Notes: generated by a model not told the origin, from the letters alone. 46,154 nucleotides of DNA from Oscillospiraceae bacterium (GCA_015063525.1 SVTZ01000003.1:1-46154); one strand, 5' to 3'; positions 9,478-19,328 are shown, counted from the stretch's first letter. Translations and numbers: made by a program.

Positions 9478-10169
9478 AGGTTGATATAGGAATAATCGGC
9501 GCTATGGAGCCCGAGGTTGAGTCATTGATCTCGGCACTTGAGGAAAGAGAGAGTGAGACTGTCAGCGGAATCACCTTCCATACAGGTAGGATAGGCGATA
9601 AAACTGTTGCGGTTGCGAAGTGCGGAATTGGTAAGGTTTTTGCTGCTATATGCACCGAGATAATGATACTTAAATATTCGCCGGAGCTGATAATAAACAC
9701 CGGTGTTGGCGGTGCATTGAGAAGCGGAATCACCACCGGTGATATCGTGGTTGCAGACACCCTTTGCCAGCACGATATGGACACCTCGGCTATCGGTGAC
9801 CCTAAGGGGCTTGTCTCGGGAATTAACGTTGTTTACTTTAATACCGATAAACGCGCTTGTAATATTCTTCTTGATTTGGCGAGTGAGCTCGGACTTAACG
9901 CCACTCTCGGCAGAATTGCCAGCGGCGACAGGTTCATCGCATCAAAGGAGGATAAAAGCAGAATTATCAGCGATTTTTCGGCTGACGCCTGCGAGATGGA
10001 GGGCTGCGCGGTTGCTCAGACGGCCTTTGTTAACGGTACCCCCTTTGCGGTAGTCCGTGCTATTTCCGACTCTGCCGACGGTGAAGCGACTATGGATTAT
10101 CCTACTTTCCTTTCGCTTGCCGCAAGAAACTCGACGAGCCTTACCTTAGCACTTGTTAAGGCATGGTGA
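9474..10169 (+). CDS. mtnN: MTA/SAH nucleosidase (Pfs)
   Basis: IGAMEPE, GIGKV, SGDRFI, EMEG, RAISD. Confidence 0.95.
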   Translation: MKVDIGIIGAMEPEVESLISALEERESETVSGITFHTGRIGDKTVAVAKCGIGKVFAAICTEIMILKYSPELIINTGVGGALRSGITTGDIVVADTLCQHDMDTSAIGDPKGLVSGINVVYFNTDKRACNILLDLASELGLNATLGRIASGDRFIASKEDKSRIISDFSADACEMEGCAVAQTAFVNGTPFAVVRAISDSADGEATMDYPTFLSLAARNSTSLTLALVKAW

Positions 10170-10216
10170 ATGCCGGGAATATCATAAAACAAAGAAAAAA
10201 TAGTATAATTATATAG

Positions 10217-10250
10217 AAAACAGCCGAATTTTTCAAACGGCTGTTTTTTG
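10217..10250 (+). terminator. Intrinsic terminator, probably bidirectional
   Basis: AAAACAGCCG...CGGCTGTTTTTT between convergent genes. Confidence 0.7.
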
Positions 10251-10275
10251 TTTGCGTTATTTCGGGAGATTGGAA

Positions 10276-10554
10276 TTAAGTAGTTTGCTCTTTAGTTGTT
10301 GCTTCCATCAGATATTCCGTAGCGAATTTTATCCCTTGAATAAAGGCGTCCCTGCGACAAATATAATTTAGTTCCGATAGGGAATCATTAAACTTGTTAA
10401 ATATTAACTTGTCCTCGTCGCTGAGAATCGTCGTTAGATTTTCCTCATATTTCACGACTATGCTTAAAAGCCGTTTTTCCTCCGCTGATGATAAGCTGTT
10501 TATCGAATCGTAATAATCCCAAATCTTATATAACAAATCATTTGCATTACACAT
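10276..10554 (-). CDS. Small helical hypothetical protein, DUF6809-like
   Basis: Pattern LxxxLSxExKxxFxKFxD...E...F.xG.K resembles DUF6809 (from memory). Start at ATG 10554 after GGAGA RBS. Confidence 0.6.
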   Translation of the reverse strand: MCNANDLLYKIWDYYDSINSLSSAEEKRLLSIVVKYEENLTTILSDEDKLIFNKFNDSLSELNYICRRDAFIQGIKFATEYLMEATTKEQTT

Positions 10555-10585
10555 AATTAAAAAATCTCCGTAATTTTTCATTTTT

Positions 10586-10649
10586 GTCTTATAATAGGAC
10601 AAATTTTATTTTAAAATAGTATATCATATACTTTGTCCTATGTCAAGAC
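10586..10649. promoter_or_regulatory. Two palindromic operator-like sites GTCYTA-N3-YARGAC in the divergent promoter
   Basis: GTCTTATAATAGGAC (10586-10600) and GTCCTATGTCAAGAC (10635-10649). Confidence 0.55.
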
Positions 10650-10674
10650 ATAAATTGTCAAAAGGAGAATTTAT

Positions 10675-10938
10675 ATGGCAAGAATTATTGAGCGAGAAAA
10701 GACAAACATCGTTGGAGAGATGGTTAAATATTACAGAAAAGAAAGAAGAATGAGTCAGCGAGCGCTGTCGGCTAAGCTAGAGCTGATGGGCGTTTACGTT
10801 TGCCGCGGTTCGATTTCCAGAATTGAAGACGGCTCGCGTACTGTTACGGATATTGAGATCTACGCATTGGCTAAGGCACTGGGTGTGTCCATAAACGATT
10901 TATTTTCAAACATTGACGGTTATATTGATTTGTTATAA
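10675..10938 (+). CDS. XRE-family helix-turn-helix regulator
   Basis: RKERRMSQRALS...ISRIEDGSR...LAKALGVSINDLF; AAGGAG RBS. Confidence 0.9.
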   Translation: MARIIEREKTNIVGEMVKYYRKERRMSQRALSAKLELMGVYVCRGSISRIEDGSRTVTDIEIYALAKALGVSINDLFSNIDGYIDLL

Positions 10939-10948
10939 TAAATATATT

Positions 10949-10978
10949 AGGGTGTCCTATCATAGGACACCCTCTTTT
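10949..10978 (+). terminator. Terminator-like hairpin containing a third copy of the operator palindrome
   Basis: AGGGTGTCCTATCATAGGACACCCT followed by CTTTT. Confidence 0.6.
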
Positions 10979-10982
10979 GTTT

Positions 10983-11498
10983 TTATTCTTTAATTTTGAC
11001 GACGAAGCGCCACTTTCTTTCTCGGTCGGCTTTATCTGCGTAATCGATGCCGACGCGGGGCAGGGCATAATACTCGGGCGCGTGCTTGCCGTCGTCCTCG
11101 ATCCAGATACGGCTTTTCTCCTCTAGGGGCAGGAAGTTGTCCTTCGTGGTTATCTTTAGATATTTAGTGGCGCGTCCCGGTCCCACCGCGCCTTCAACTC
11201 CTCTGATAAGAACTGCCTCGGGGTGGTCTTCCTCTCCTGTTACAATGTTCAGCATCGAGTGAATTCCGTAGCAGAGATAAACGTAGGTAATTCCGCCCGA
11301 CTCGTACATAGGTCTTGTGCGATCGGTTTTGCCCTTGTGCGCGTGGCAGGCGGTGTCATCCTCGCCAAAGTAGCACTCGGTTTCGATTATCCTTGCGCGG
11401 ATAACGCCGTCATCGGTTCGCCGACAAAGGATCTTACCTAATAGGTCGGGTGCAAGGTGAGTCGCAGGACCGTAAAAATATTCTCGCTTAAGTATCAT
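10983..11498 (-). CDS. DNA-3-methyladenine glycosylase (Aag/MPG family)
   Basis: LLGKIL, IIETECY, YVYLCYGIH, AVLIR, GPGR, PRVGI. Confidence 0.92.
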   Translation of the reverse strand: MILKREYFYGPATHLAPDLLGKILCRRTDDGVIRARIIETECYFGEDDTACHAHKGKTDRTRPMYESGGITYVYLCYGIHSMLNIVTGEEDHPEAVLIRGVEGAVGPGRATKYLKITTKDNFLPLEEKSRIWIEDDGKHAPEYYALPRVGIDYADKADRERKWRFVVKIKE

Positions 11499-12181
11499 TC
11501 CTTCACCTGCTTTGCGTCTTCAACACGCACTACCGTCAGGGTATCACCCGAAACTCTAAAGAATATCTCGTATGCCCCAAAGCACATACCGTACTCTCTC
11601 TCGGGATCGTTCTGATATGATGGTCTAGGGTCCTGTTCGAGTATTTTTATCAGCGCTTCACGCTTTGAAATCTCAATCTTTGACAATAATTCTTTACAAA
11701 AATCCACTTTCAAGCGATAATCACGCACAGGATCGGAAAATCCTGAGACCGCCTCGGGGTGGCAATCCGAATAGGCGATATAGGGCTTTATATCATAAAT
11801 CGGAGTGCCGGAGAGAAGGTCTGCACCGCTTACAATAAGCACAGTGCCCTCGCTTTCTGTCTGTTCAACTGCTTCAAGACGCACCGACGAGAGTCCGATG
11901 GGATTCGGTCTATAGGGCGATCTTGTGGCAAAGACGCCAACGCGTTTGTTTCCGCCGAGCCTCGGAGGTCTTACCGTAGGCGACCAATCCTCCCTTAGTG
12001 CCTCGGAGAATTGCCAGATAAGCCAAAGGTGGGAATAACCCTCAATACCGCGCAGGGCCTCGGGATTTCTGTACTCCGGCTCGAAAACTATTCGCGAGAG
12101 AAGACCGCCCGACAGTCCGCTTTGCCTTGGAATTCCAAATTTTTCTTTAAAGTCGTTATGTATTTTAGCGATTATTTTCAT
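11495..12181 (-). CDS. tsaA: tRNA m6t6A37 methyltransferase TrmO/TsaA
   Basis: PRQSG, GVFATRSPYRPNPIGLS, DLLSGTPIYDIKPY. Confidence 0.93.
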   Translation of the reverse strand: MKIIAKIHNDFKEKFGIPRQSGLSGGLLSRIVFEPEYRNPEALRGIEGYSHLWLIWQFSEALREDWSPTVRPPRLGGNKRVGVFATRSPYRPNPIGLSSVRLEAVEQTESEGTVLIVSGADLLSGTPIYDIKPYIAYSDCHPEAVSGFSDPVRDYRLKVDFCKELLSKIEISKREALIKILEQDPRPSYQNDPEREYGMCFGAYEIFFRVSGDTLTVVRVEDAKQVKE

Positions 12182-12312
12182 TTTTTCTTATCTTTCATTT
12201 TATTTCACATTTATTATATCATTAAACCATCCGCGTTTCAAGCAATAGATAAGAAAAAGCTTGAATATTTGATTTCCATTTTTCAAAAACTAAATAAAAA
12301 TCTTCCATAATC

Positions 12313-12341
12313 TTGACAAAATGCGACATAAGTGTTAAAAT
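12313..12341 (+). promoter_or_regulatory. Sigma-A promoter of the MATE gene
   Basis: TTGACA-17 nt-TAAAAT with TG extension. Confidence 0.6.
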
Positions 12342-12370
12342 TATTTGGTTAAAACGAAAAGGACATAAAA

Positions 12371-13771
12371 ATGGAAACAATGGATAATAAGAGAGAATTA
12401 TTTGAAAAAATGCCTGTTCCCAAGGCGTTGGCGACGCTGGCAATTCCTACGATAATCAGCCAGCTTATTACGATGATATATAACCTTGCCGATACCTTCT
12501 ATATAGGTATGGCAAACGATCCGTCGCAGACCGCAGCTTCATCGCTTGCCTTTACGTTGGTGTTTATGATGAACTGTCTGCCCAACCTCTTCGGCGTAGG
12601 CGGCGGAAGCCTTATTTCCCGTCTTATGGGCGAGAAAAAGGATGAGGATGCGGGAGGAGTTGCGTCCTTCTCCTTCTATGGCACTCTTGTAACCTCAGCG
12701 GCATACTCGCTTATCGTGCTTGCCTTTATGGATCCGTTGCTTTATTTCCTTGGTGCGACCGACAGCTCGATTGTCTATGCCCGCGAGTATGCATTTTGGG
12801 TAATAGTTATCGGCGCCGTTCCCGCAACGCTTGCGATGACTATGGCTCACCTTCTTCGCAGTGAGGGCTTTGCAAGCAGGGCAAGTGTCGGTCTCGGCCT
12901 CGGCGGTATTATCAATATTATTTTGGACCCCATCTTTATGTTCGTACTTCTTGAGCCCGGTAACGAGGTAAAGGGCGCGGCTATTGCTACTATGCTCTCA
13001 AACGTTGCGGTTCTCGTCTATTTCATTCTTATTTATCTTAAAATAAGGAAAAAAACGGTTCTTTCATTAAATCCGAGAAAGGTCATTTTGAAAAGGCATT
13101 ACGTAAGAGCTGTGTTTGCCGTTGGCGTTCCCTCAGCGCTCGGCTCGCTTTTAGCCTGCCTTTCCAATATCGTTATCAACAATCTTGCATCAAGCTACAG
13201 CGACGTTTACGGTGACGTGCCGGTTGCAGCCATCGGTATTGCAAAAAAAATAGATATGCTTCCGATGAACGTCGGTATGGGTCTTTGCCAGGGTATGATG
13301 CCTCTTGTTGCGTACAACTATGCCTCGGGCGACCATAAGCGTATGCGAGCGTTTTCGAGAGCCGCCCGTAATACGGGAATGGCATTTGCGGGACTTTGCA
13401 TTCTGTTGTTCCAGCTTTTCGCACCCTCTATTACCGGAATATTTAACGGCCACGCTCAGACGGTTGATATGGCAACCGATTTCCTTAGAATTCTTTGTAT
13501 TGCCGTGCCCTTTATGATCTTTAACCTGCAGATAAGCTTTAGCTTCCAGGCAATGGGTATGGGTAAGCAGTCGCTGATACTTTCCTCCCTCCGTCAGGGC
13601 GTTATAAATATACCTCTCCTCTTCCTTATGAATTATCTCTTCGGTCTTTACGGCATCGTATGGACACAGCTGATTTCTGACGTGATTACGGGGGTTATTT
13701 CCTACGCGGTTTACCGCCACTCGCTTAGAAAGCTTATGCGCGAGAGTAAGCCGGAGCTTAAGGAAGTATAA
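12371..13771 (+). CDS. MATE family efflux transporter (MepA-like)
   Basis: IYNLADTFYIG, INIILDPIF, GAAIAT; many hydrophobic helices. Confidence 0.92.
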   Translation: METMDNKRELFEKMPVPKALATLAIPTIISQLITMIYNLADTFYIGMANDPSQTAASSLAFTLVFMMNCLPNLFGVGGGSLISRLMGEKKDEDAGGVASFSFYGTLVTSAAYSLIVLAFMDPLLYFLGATDSSIVYAREYAFWVIVIGAVPATLAMTMAHLLRSEGFASRASVGLGLGGIINIILDPIFMFVLLEPGNEVKGAAIATMLSNVAVLVYFILIYLKIRKKTVLSLNPRKVILKRHYVRAVFAVGVPSALGSLLACLSNIVINNLASSYSDVYGDVPVAAIGIAKKIDMLPMNVGMGLCQGMMPLVAYNYASGDHKRMRAFSRAARNTGMAFAGLCILLFQLFAPSITGIFNGHAQTVDMATDFLRILCIAVPFMIFNLQISFSFQAMGMGKQSLILSSLRQGVINIPLLFLMNYLFGLYGIVWTQLISDVITGVISYAVYRHSLRKLMRESKPELKEV

Positions 13772-13778
13772 TATTAAT

Positions 13779-13831
13779 AAAACAGACCGATTCATCCTTC
13801 TCGATAAAGGGCGGACAGATCGGCCTGTTTT
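13779..13831. terminator. Bidirectional hairpin between MATE and eno
   Basis: AAAACAGACCGAT...ATCGGCCTGTTTT imperfect inverted repeat. Confidence 0.5.
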
Positions 13832-13838
13832 CTATTAA

Positions 13839-15071
13839 TTAGCTATTTATTTTTGCATATATTTCACTGAGGCGGTTGTATTTGGCAACCCGCTCGCCGC
13901 GGCAGGGTGCACCTGCCTTGATAAATTCGGCGTTTGTTGCTACGGCTATATCGGCTATGGCGGTGTCGGTGGTTTCGCCGGAGCGATGGGAAATTATAAA
14001 TTTATATCCCGACTCTCTCGCGAGTCTAATGACGTCGAGCGTCTCGCTGAGGCTTCCTATCTGATTTGGTTTGATAAGAATTGCGTTGGCTGCGCCAGCC
14101 GAAATTCCTGCTTTAAGTCTTGAGGAGTTGGTGACAAAGAGATCATCGCCCACGAGCATAATTTTGCTTCCGAGTGCATCGGTCAGCCTGCGCCAGCCGT
14201 CGAAGTCATCCTCTGCGAGTCCGTCCTCAATAGAGATTATTGGAAATCTCTTGCAAAGCTTCTTGTAATACTCAATAAGCTCGTCGCAATTCATAGTTTT
14301 TTTTCGCTTTGGCAGACGGTATTCTCCCTCTGAGAACCACTCGCTTGATGCAACGTCAAGGGCAATTCCGACCGTTTCAGTACTATATCCGCTGTCAAGG
14401 ATAGCCTTTTCTAAAAGCTCGATAGCCTCCTCGTCGGAGCTAAGATCGGGCGCGAATCCGCCCTCGTCTCCAACCGCAGTAGAAAGTCCGCGCTCTTTTA
14501 AAAGACGTCCAAGGGTGTGATATATCTCGCTTCCCGCGCGGATAGCATCGGGAAGGCAGAGGCCGTGGGGAACGACCATAAACTCCTGAATATCAATATT
14601 GTTGGCGGCGTGTGCGCCGCCGTTCAGAAGATTGAACATAGGCGTTGGCATTCCGCGGCCATCGCCGAGATACTCGTAAAGCTCGAGTTCCGCTGAATTG
14701 GCCGCCGCACGGGCGCAGGCAAGCGATACCGCAAGAATTGCGTTTGCGCCGAGCCTTGATTTGTTCTCGCTTCCGTCAATGGCGATCATCATCTCATCTG
14801 TTTTCTGACCGTTATTGGCGCTTTCTCCAATAAGGGCCGGGAATATCCGTAGGTTAATGTTTTCTACGGCCGACTGCACCCCTTTGCCTTTATATCGCGA
14901 TTTGTCTTTGTCACGAAGCTCGTGGGCCTCGTGAGCACCTGTGGACGCGCCCGATGGAACGCTTGCAATACCAACGGCTCCTCCCGTTAGGGTAACCTTT
15001 GCCTCTACGGTGGGGTTGCCTCTGGAATCCAGGATTTCTCTTGCCTCTACAAGCTTTATTTTTCCTTTCAT
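13839..15071 (-). CDS. eno: Enolase
   Basis: DSRGNPT, PSGASTG, GDEGGF, SIEDG, VGDDLFVTN, SHRSGET. Alternative GTG start at 15080. Confidence 0.93.
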   Translation of the reverse strand: MKGKIKLVEAREILDSRGNPTVEAKVTLTGGAVGIASVPSGASTGAHEAHELRDKDKSRYKGKGVQSAVENINLRIFPALIGESANNGQKTDEMMIAIDGSENKSRLGANAILAVSLACARAAANSAELELYEYLGDGRGMPTPMFNLLNGGAHAANNIDIQEFMVVPHGLCLPDAIRAGSEIYHTLGRLLKERGLSTAVGDEGGFAPDLSSDEEAIELLEKAILDSGYSTETVGIALDVASSEWFSEGEYRLPKRKKTMNCDELIEYYKKLCKRFPIISIEDGLAEDDFDGWRRLTDALGSKIMLVGDDLFVTNSSRLKAGISAGAANAILIKPNQIGSLSETLDVIRLARESGYKFIISHRSGETTDTAIADIAVATNAEFIKAGAPCRGERVAKYNRLSEIYAKINS

Positions 15072-15234
15072 AATTGCCACTTCCTTTTTGGTTTCTATAA
15101 ATATGTGACTAAATTTTAGACCAAAATTCCAATAATTAATACATATATAAAGTAATAGAGGGTTAATTCATAAACAAAATTGCTGCAAAAACAACTTGAA
15201 CAGATAAAAAAACTTTAAACCCCGTATTTTGGGT

Positions 15235-16497
15235 TTATATATGAGTGACGATATCGCAATAGGTATAAAGCGAGCCGAGACAGCAAAGCGCGGTGTTGTT
15301 TTCTTTAGCCTTCTCAATCCCAAGGGTTAGAGCCTCGCTAACCGATCCGCAGGGAAGGGAAGAGACTCCTTGCTCATCCAGCACCTTAGCATATTCACAA
15401 GACGAAAGAGCTCTCGGGTTGTCAGGAGTTATGGTATAGGCATATAGAGCCACCTCGGAGAGCGTTTTTGCGATAAGAGTATAGTCTTTGTCGCGAAGAA
15501 CGCCGGTAAGAACCACAACCTTTTTATCCCCAAAATATGTTTTGATGCTATCGACCGCAGCACGTATACCCTGGGCATTATGCGCTCCGTCAAAGATAAC
15601 GGTGGGATCGGAAGCTATAATTTCAAACCTTGCAGGCCAGCTTGCAGCCGAAAGTCCTGAGGCAATTGCTTCCTCGCTTATTTCAAATCCAAGGGAGGAA
15701 AGAATATCTACGGCGTCAAGGGCAAGTGCTGCATTTCGAGGTTGATATTCGCCAAGGAGAGCTATGCTGAGTCCCCTTCTTTCTTTATAATCAAAAGACG
15801 TTTTGCTTAACTCCAAAGAGTTGATTGTCAGCTTGGAATAGTCGGTTCTATAAAGTACACTTTCCATTTGCAATGCTTTTTCGGCAAATATGTGCTCTAC
15901 GTCAGAATTTGTTCCTCCGTAAATTGCGGGGCAGCGATGCTTGATTATTCCCGCCTTCTCTGCGGCAATTTTCTCTACCGTATCGCCGAGAAACGCGGTG
16001 TGATCAAGCGCAATTCCAGTTATGACCGAGAGCAGAGGAGAGTCAATAATATTGGTAGCGTCGAGCCTTCCGCCCATACCTACCTCAAGCACAACAATGT
16101 CACAGCACTCCCCCTTGAAGTATTCAAAGGCGATCGCACAAATAAGCTCAAACTCGGTAGGACTATCGGACATTTTGTCGGCAACGGTCTTTACCTTTGC
16201 GGTGATTTTTGCGAGGGTGTCGCATGGAATATTCCGGCCGTTCACTCTCATTCTCTCGTTGAACTCTCTGACATAGGGGGAGGTGAAAAGTCCCACCTTG
16301 TATCCTGCCGCGCGCAAAATTGAGTCGGTCATAGCGCAGAAGGAGCCTTTGCCGTTAGTACCGCCGACGTGTATAAATTTCAGTTCCTTTTGTGGATCTC
16401 CAAGACCGCGGCAAAGCTCTCTTATACGGTCAAGCCCCGGCTTGCAGAAGAAATTGCTGACGCTGTGAATATATTTTATCGCTTCGTCGTAAGTCAT
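15235..16497 (-). CDS. folC: Folylpolyglutamate synthase/dihydrofolate synthase
   Basis: GTNGKGS, FTSP, EVGMGGRLDATN, DGAHN, GSLY. Confidence 0.95.
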   Translation of the reverse strand: MTYDEAIKYIHSVSNFFCKPGLDRIRELCRGLGDPQKELKFIHVGGTNGKGSFCAMTDSILRAAGYKVGLFTSPYVREFNERMRVNGRNIPCDTLAKITAKVKTVADKMSDSPTEFELICAIAFEYFKGECCDIVVLEVGMGGRLDATNIIDSPLLSVITGIALDHTAFLGDTVEKIAAEKAGIIKHRCPAIYGGTNSDVEHIFAEKALQMESVLYRTDYSKLTINSLELSKTSFDYKERRGLSIALLGEYQPRNAALALDAVDILSSLGFEISEEAIASGLSAASWPARFEIIASDPTVIFDGAHNAQGIRAAVDSIKTYFGDKKVVVLTGVLRDKDYTLIAKTLSEVALYAYTITPDNPRALSSCEYAKVLDEQGVSSLPCGSVSEALTLGIEKAKENNTALCCLGSLYTYCDIVTHI

Positions 16498-17039
16498 AGA
16501 TTTTCCTTTCTGACTTCTTCAATCAGTCGTTTGAAGCCGCTTTTTTTATACAGCATACATATAATCAAAGTCTCTATAACGGCTATGACTATATAGGTGG
16601 GTATTCTGAACAGTACGCCCCACTGATAATAATCAAACAGACCGATCGACTTGATTATTACCGAGCCGATAAGATGGGAGGCAGATGTTGAAGCTATGAT
16701 CTGCAGATTGCCGTTATTTCTTATAATGTATTTTGACACTATTCCCGACACAAGTCCTATTATTCCTGCGCCGAGGGTGACAATTAGATTAATAGGATAA
16801 GTTTGAGGCGAAAGCAGGTAGCTTATTAAATCTGATGCAATACCTACAGCCGACCCTACTATCGGTCCGAACATTATTCCGGAAAGTATTATAGGTAGAT
16901 TTTCAAAGCTGATTCTAAACAAACCGTCGCCGAAGTTCATAAGACTTTTGCAAAATATACCGATAACCACACTCATTGCGGCTAAAAGAGAAGAGAGCGT
17001 AAGAGCCTTTACACTTTTAAAAAGCTTGTCATTTTTCAT
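16494..17039 (-). CDS. folT: Folate ECF transporter S component FolT
   Basis: Hydrophobic S-component with RISFENLPI and FGPIVG, downstream of a THF riboswitch and upstream of folC. Start at ATG 17039 (GGAGG RBS). Confidence 0.88.
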   Translation of the reverse strand: MKNDKLFKSVKALTLSSLLAAMSVVIGIFCKSLMNFGDGLFRISFENLPIILSGIMFGPIVGSAVGIASDLISYLLSPQTYPINLIVTLGAGIIGLVSGIVSKYIIRNNGNLQIIASTSASHLIGSVIIKSIGLFDYYQWGVLFRIPTYIVIAVIETLIICMLYKKSGFKRLIEEVRKENL

Positions 17040-17118
17040 AAAAAAACACCTCCGTGGCACAGATTTACATCTCAGTACCTCGAAGGCTCGGGCGAAAAGG
17101 GCGCAGATATCCTTTGGG

Positions 17119-17225
17119 TAACAGTGGGATGCGGAGGGTATACCGTTTCAGGAAAAATCCATCATTCGTCCAAGTGACAACTCCCCGTTCACTCAGCACT
17201 GAACGCATACCATCCTACTCTGTTA
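17119..17225 (-). ncRNA. THF riboswitch
   Basis: Minus strand ACAGAGUAG...GCGUUCAGUG...GGGGAGUUG...ACGAA...CCGCAUCCCACUGU matches the THF aptamer; upstream of folT-folC. Confidence 0.88.
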
Positions 17226-17359
17226 TTTAATGTATGTCAGTAGTATATCATATTTTATTGCTTTTTTCAATAGAGAAAAGAAAAACTGTACAAATATTAT
17301 TTGCTAAAATAAGATGAAATAAAAAAAGTGACGAAATTGATAAATTTTTAGCAAAGCTA

Positions 17360-17388
17360 TTGCATATTGCAAAAAAATGTGGTACAAT
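17360..17388 (+). promoter_or_regulatory. Sigma-A promoter of gap
   Basis: TTGCAT-17 nt-TACAAT with TG extension. Confidence 0.55.
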
Positions 17389-17464
17389 GTACGATGGTAT
17401 GGAAGGATACTTCTATATTTTATATGATTATTATTAAATTTTAATATTTTGGAGGATTAAACCA

Positions 17465-18493
17465 ATGGCAAACGTAAAGGTTGCAATTAACGGCTTTGGC
17501 CGTATCGGACGTCTTGCGTTCAGACAGATGTTCGGCGCTGAGGGTTACGAGATCGTAGCTATCAACGACCTCACCTCTCCTAAGATGCTCGCCCATCTTC
17601 TTAAGTATGACACCGCACAGGGTAATTACCTTGCAATGGGTCACACCGTTGAGTCTGACGACGAGGCAGGCACCATCACCGTTGACGGCAAGACCCTTAA
17701 GATCTATGCTGAGAAGGACGCTGCTAACTGCCCTTGGGGCGAGCTTGGCGTAGACGTTGTTCTCGAGTGCACCGGCTTCTACTGCTCTAAGGAGAAGTCT
17801 ATGGCTCACATCAACGCAGGCGCAAAGAAGGTTGTTATCTCTGCTCCCGCAGGCAACGACCTCAAGACCATCGTATATGGCACTAACCACGAGAACCTTA
17901 CCGCAGATGACCAGATCATCTCCGCAGCTTCCTGCACCACAAACTGTCTTGCTCCTATGGCAAAGGCTCTTAACGACTATGCTCCTATCCAGAGTGGTAT
18001 TATGACCACCGTTCACGCATACACCGGCGACCAGATGATTCTCGACGGTCCTCACAGAAAGGGTGACCTTCGCCGTGCTCGCGCAGGCGCACAGAACATC
18101 GTTCCCAACTCCACCGGCGCTGCAAAGGCTATCGGTCTCGTAATCCCCGAGCTCAACGGTAAGCTTATCGGCTCTGCTCAGAGAGTTCCCACCTGCACAG
18201 GCTCCACCACTATTCTTGTGGCAGTAGTTAAGGGCAAGGATATCACCAAGGACGGCATCAACGCTGCAATGAAGGCTGTTGCTAACGAGTCCTACGGTTA
18301 CAACGAGGATCAGATCGTTTCCTCCGACGTTATCGGTATGAGATTCGGTTCTCTCTTCGATTCCACCCAGACCATGGTTGCAAAGATCGACGATGATACC
18401 TATCAGGTACAGGTAGTTTCTTGGTACGATAACGAGAACTCCTACACCAGCCAGATGGTTCGTACCATTAAGTATTTCGCAGAGCTTGCGTAA
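17465..18493 (+). CDS. gap: Type I glyceraldehyde-3-phosphate dehydrogenase
   Basis: [24 protein letters not shown]; strongly biased codon usage. Confidence 0.98.
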   Translation: MANVKVAINGFGRIGRLAFRQMFGAEGYEIVAINDLTSPKMLAHLLKYDTAQGNYLAMGHTVESDDEAGTITVDGKTLKIYAEKDAANCPWGELGVDVVLECTGFYCSKEKSMAHINAGAKKVVISAPAGNDLKTIVYGTNHENLTADDQIISAASCTTNCLAPMAKALNDYAPIQSGIMTTVHAYTGDQMILDGPHRKGDLRRARAGAQNIVPNSTGAAKAIGLVIPELNGKLIGSAQRVPTCTGSTTILVAVVKGKDITKDGINAAMKAVANESYGYNEDQIVSSDVIGMRFGSLFDSTQTMVAKIDDDTYQVQVVSWYDNENSYTSQMVRTIKYFAELA

Positions 18494-18518
18494 AATAACG
18501 CTTGGATATTAGCACAGA

Positions 18519-18549
18519 AAAAAGGCTCACAGTAATGTGAGCCTTTTTT
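18519..18549 (+). terminator. gap intrinsic terminator
   Basis: AAAAAGGCTCAC-agtaat-GTGAGCCTTTTTT. Confidence 0.85.
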
Positions 18550-18890
18550 GATGGTAAACTGTAAACTATAGTTTACACAGATTTTTTTTGTGAAAAATGG
18601 TTCTTAAACGAAAAAAGTTTTGAAAAAAGCAAAAATATTTGAAAAAAGAGTAATAAAATTTGTTTTTTAAGTGAAAAAAGCTTAAAAAATCCGAAAATCA
18701 TTACTTTTTTAGAAATTAGGCCTAAAAAAACTGACTTTTTCTTTTGAAACGATTTATCTTGTCTTGAAAACCAAATTTCGTCTCTTATTGAATTATTTTT
18801 AAAAATATCCCGACTTTCTTGATGCATTTATAAAGAAAAAAGACCCCCGAGGAGTTGCTTTTACACAAACAACGGGAGTCTATTTTTTTA

Positions 18891-19316
18891 TTAATGAAGC
18901 TTTGCCTCGTCGAGAAGCTCGATACCGTTTTCGGTAAGGATCTTGTCGGTCTCGGCGGTGTCACCGGTTCTCATTACCGAGTAAGCCTTTCCGTCCTCGG
19001 TGGTAATGAGGGCGTACATATATTCTATATTTACTCCACAGCCCTCAAGAAGACTGAGCACCTTGGAAAGTCCTCCGGGCTGATCGGGAACTGCAAAGGC
19101 GTTTACAAGTCTGACGTTTGCGGCGTGGCCGTCCTTATCGAGGAGTGCCTTTGCTTTTTCCGGATCGTCGGCGATAATGCGTACTATGCCGTAGTTGCTG
19201 GTATCTGCAACACACATAGAGCGAAGGTTTATATTTGCTTTCGCAAGGGCATCGGTGATATCGTGAAGTGATCCCTGCTTGTTCTCAACAAAAACTGATA
19301 ACTGTTTGATAGCCAT
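18891..19316 (-). CDS. Tandem ACT domain protein
   Basis: QLSVFVENKQG and VPDQPGGL ACT motifs; a usual neighbour of paaK. Confidence 0.9.
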   Translation of the reverse strand: MAIKQLSVFVENKQGSLHDITDALAKANINLRSMCVADTSNYGIVRIIADDPEKAKALLDKDGHAANVRLVNAFAVPDQPGGLSKVLSLLEGCGVNIEYMYALITTEDGKAYSVMRTGDTAETDKILTENGIELLDEAKLH

Positions 19317-19328
19317 TTTGTTTCCTCC

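Noticed and set aside
17441-18055. 204-aa minus-strand ORF opposite gap
   Set aside because: A shadow produced by strong codon bias in gap.
18573-18827. 84-aa K/F-rich ORF
   Set aside because: Translation of A/T homopolymer runs; no RBS or protein-like composition.
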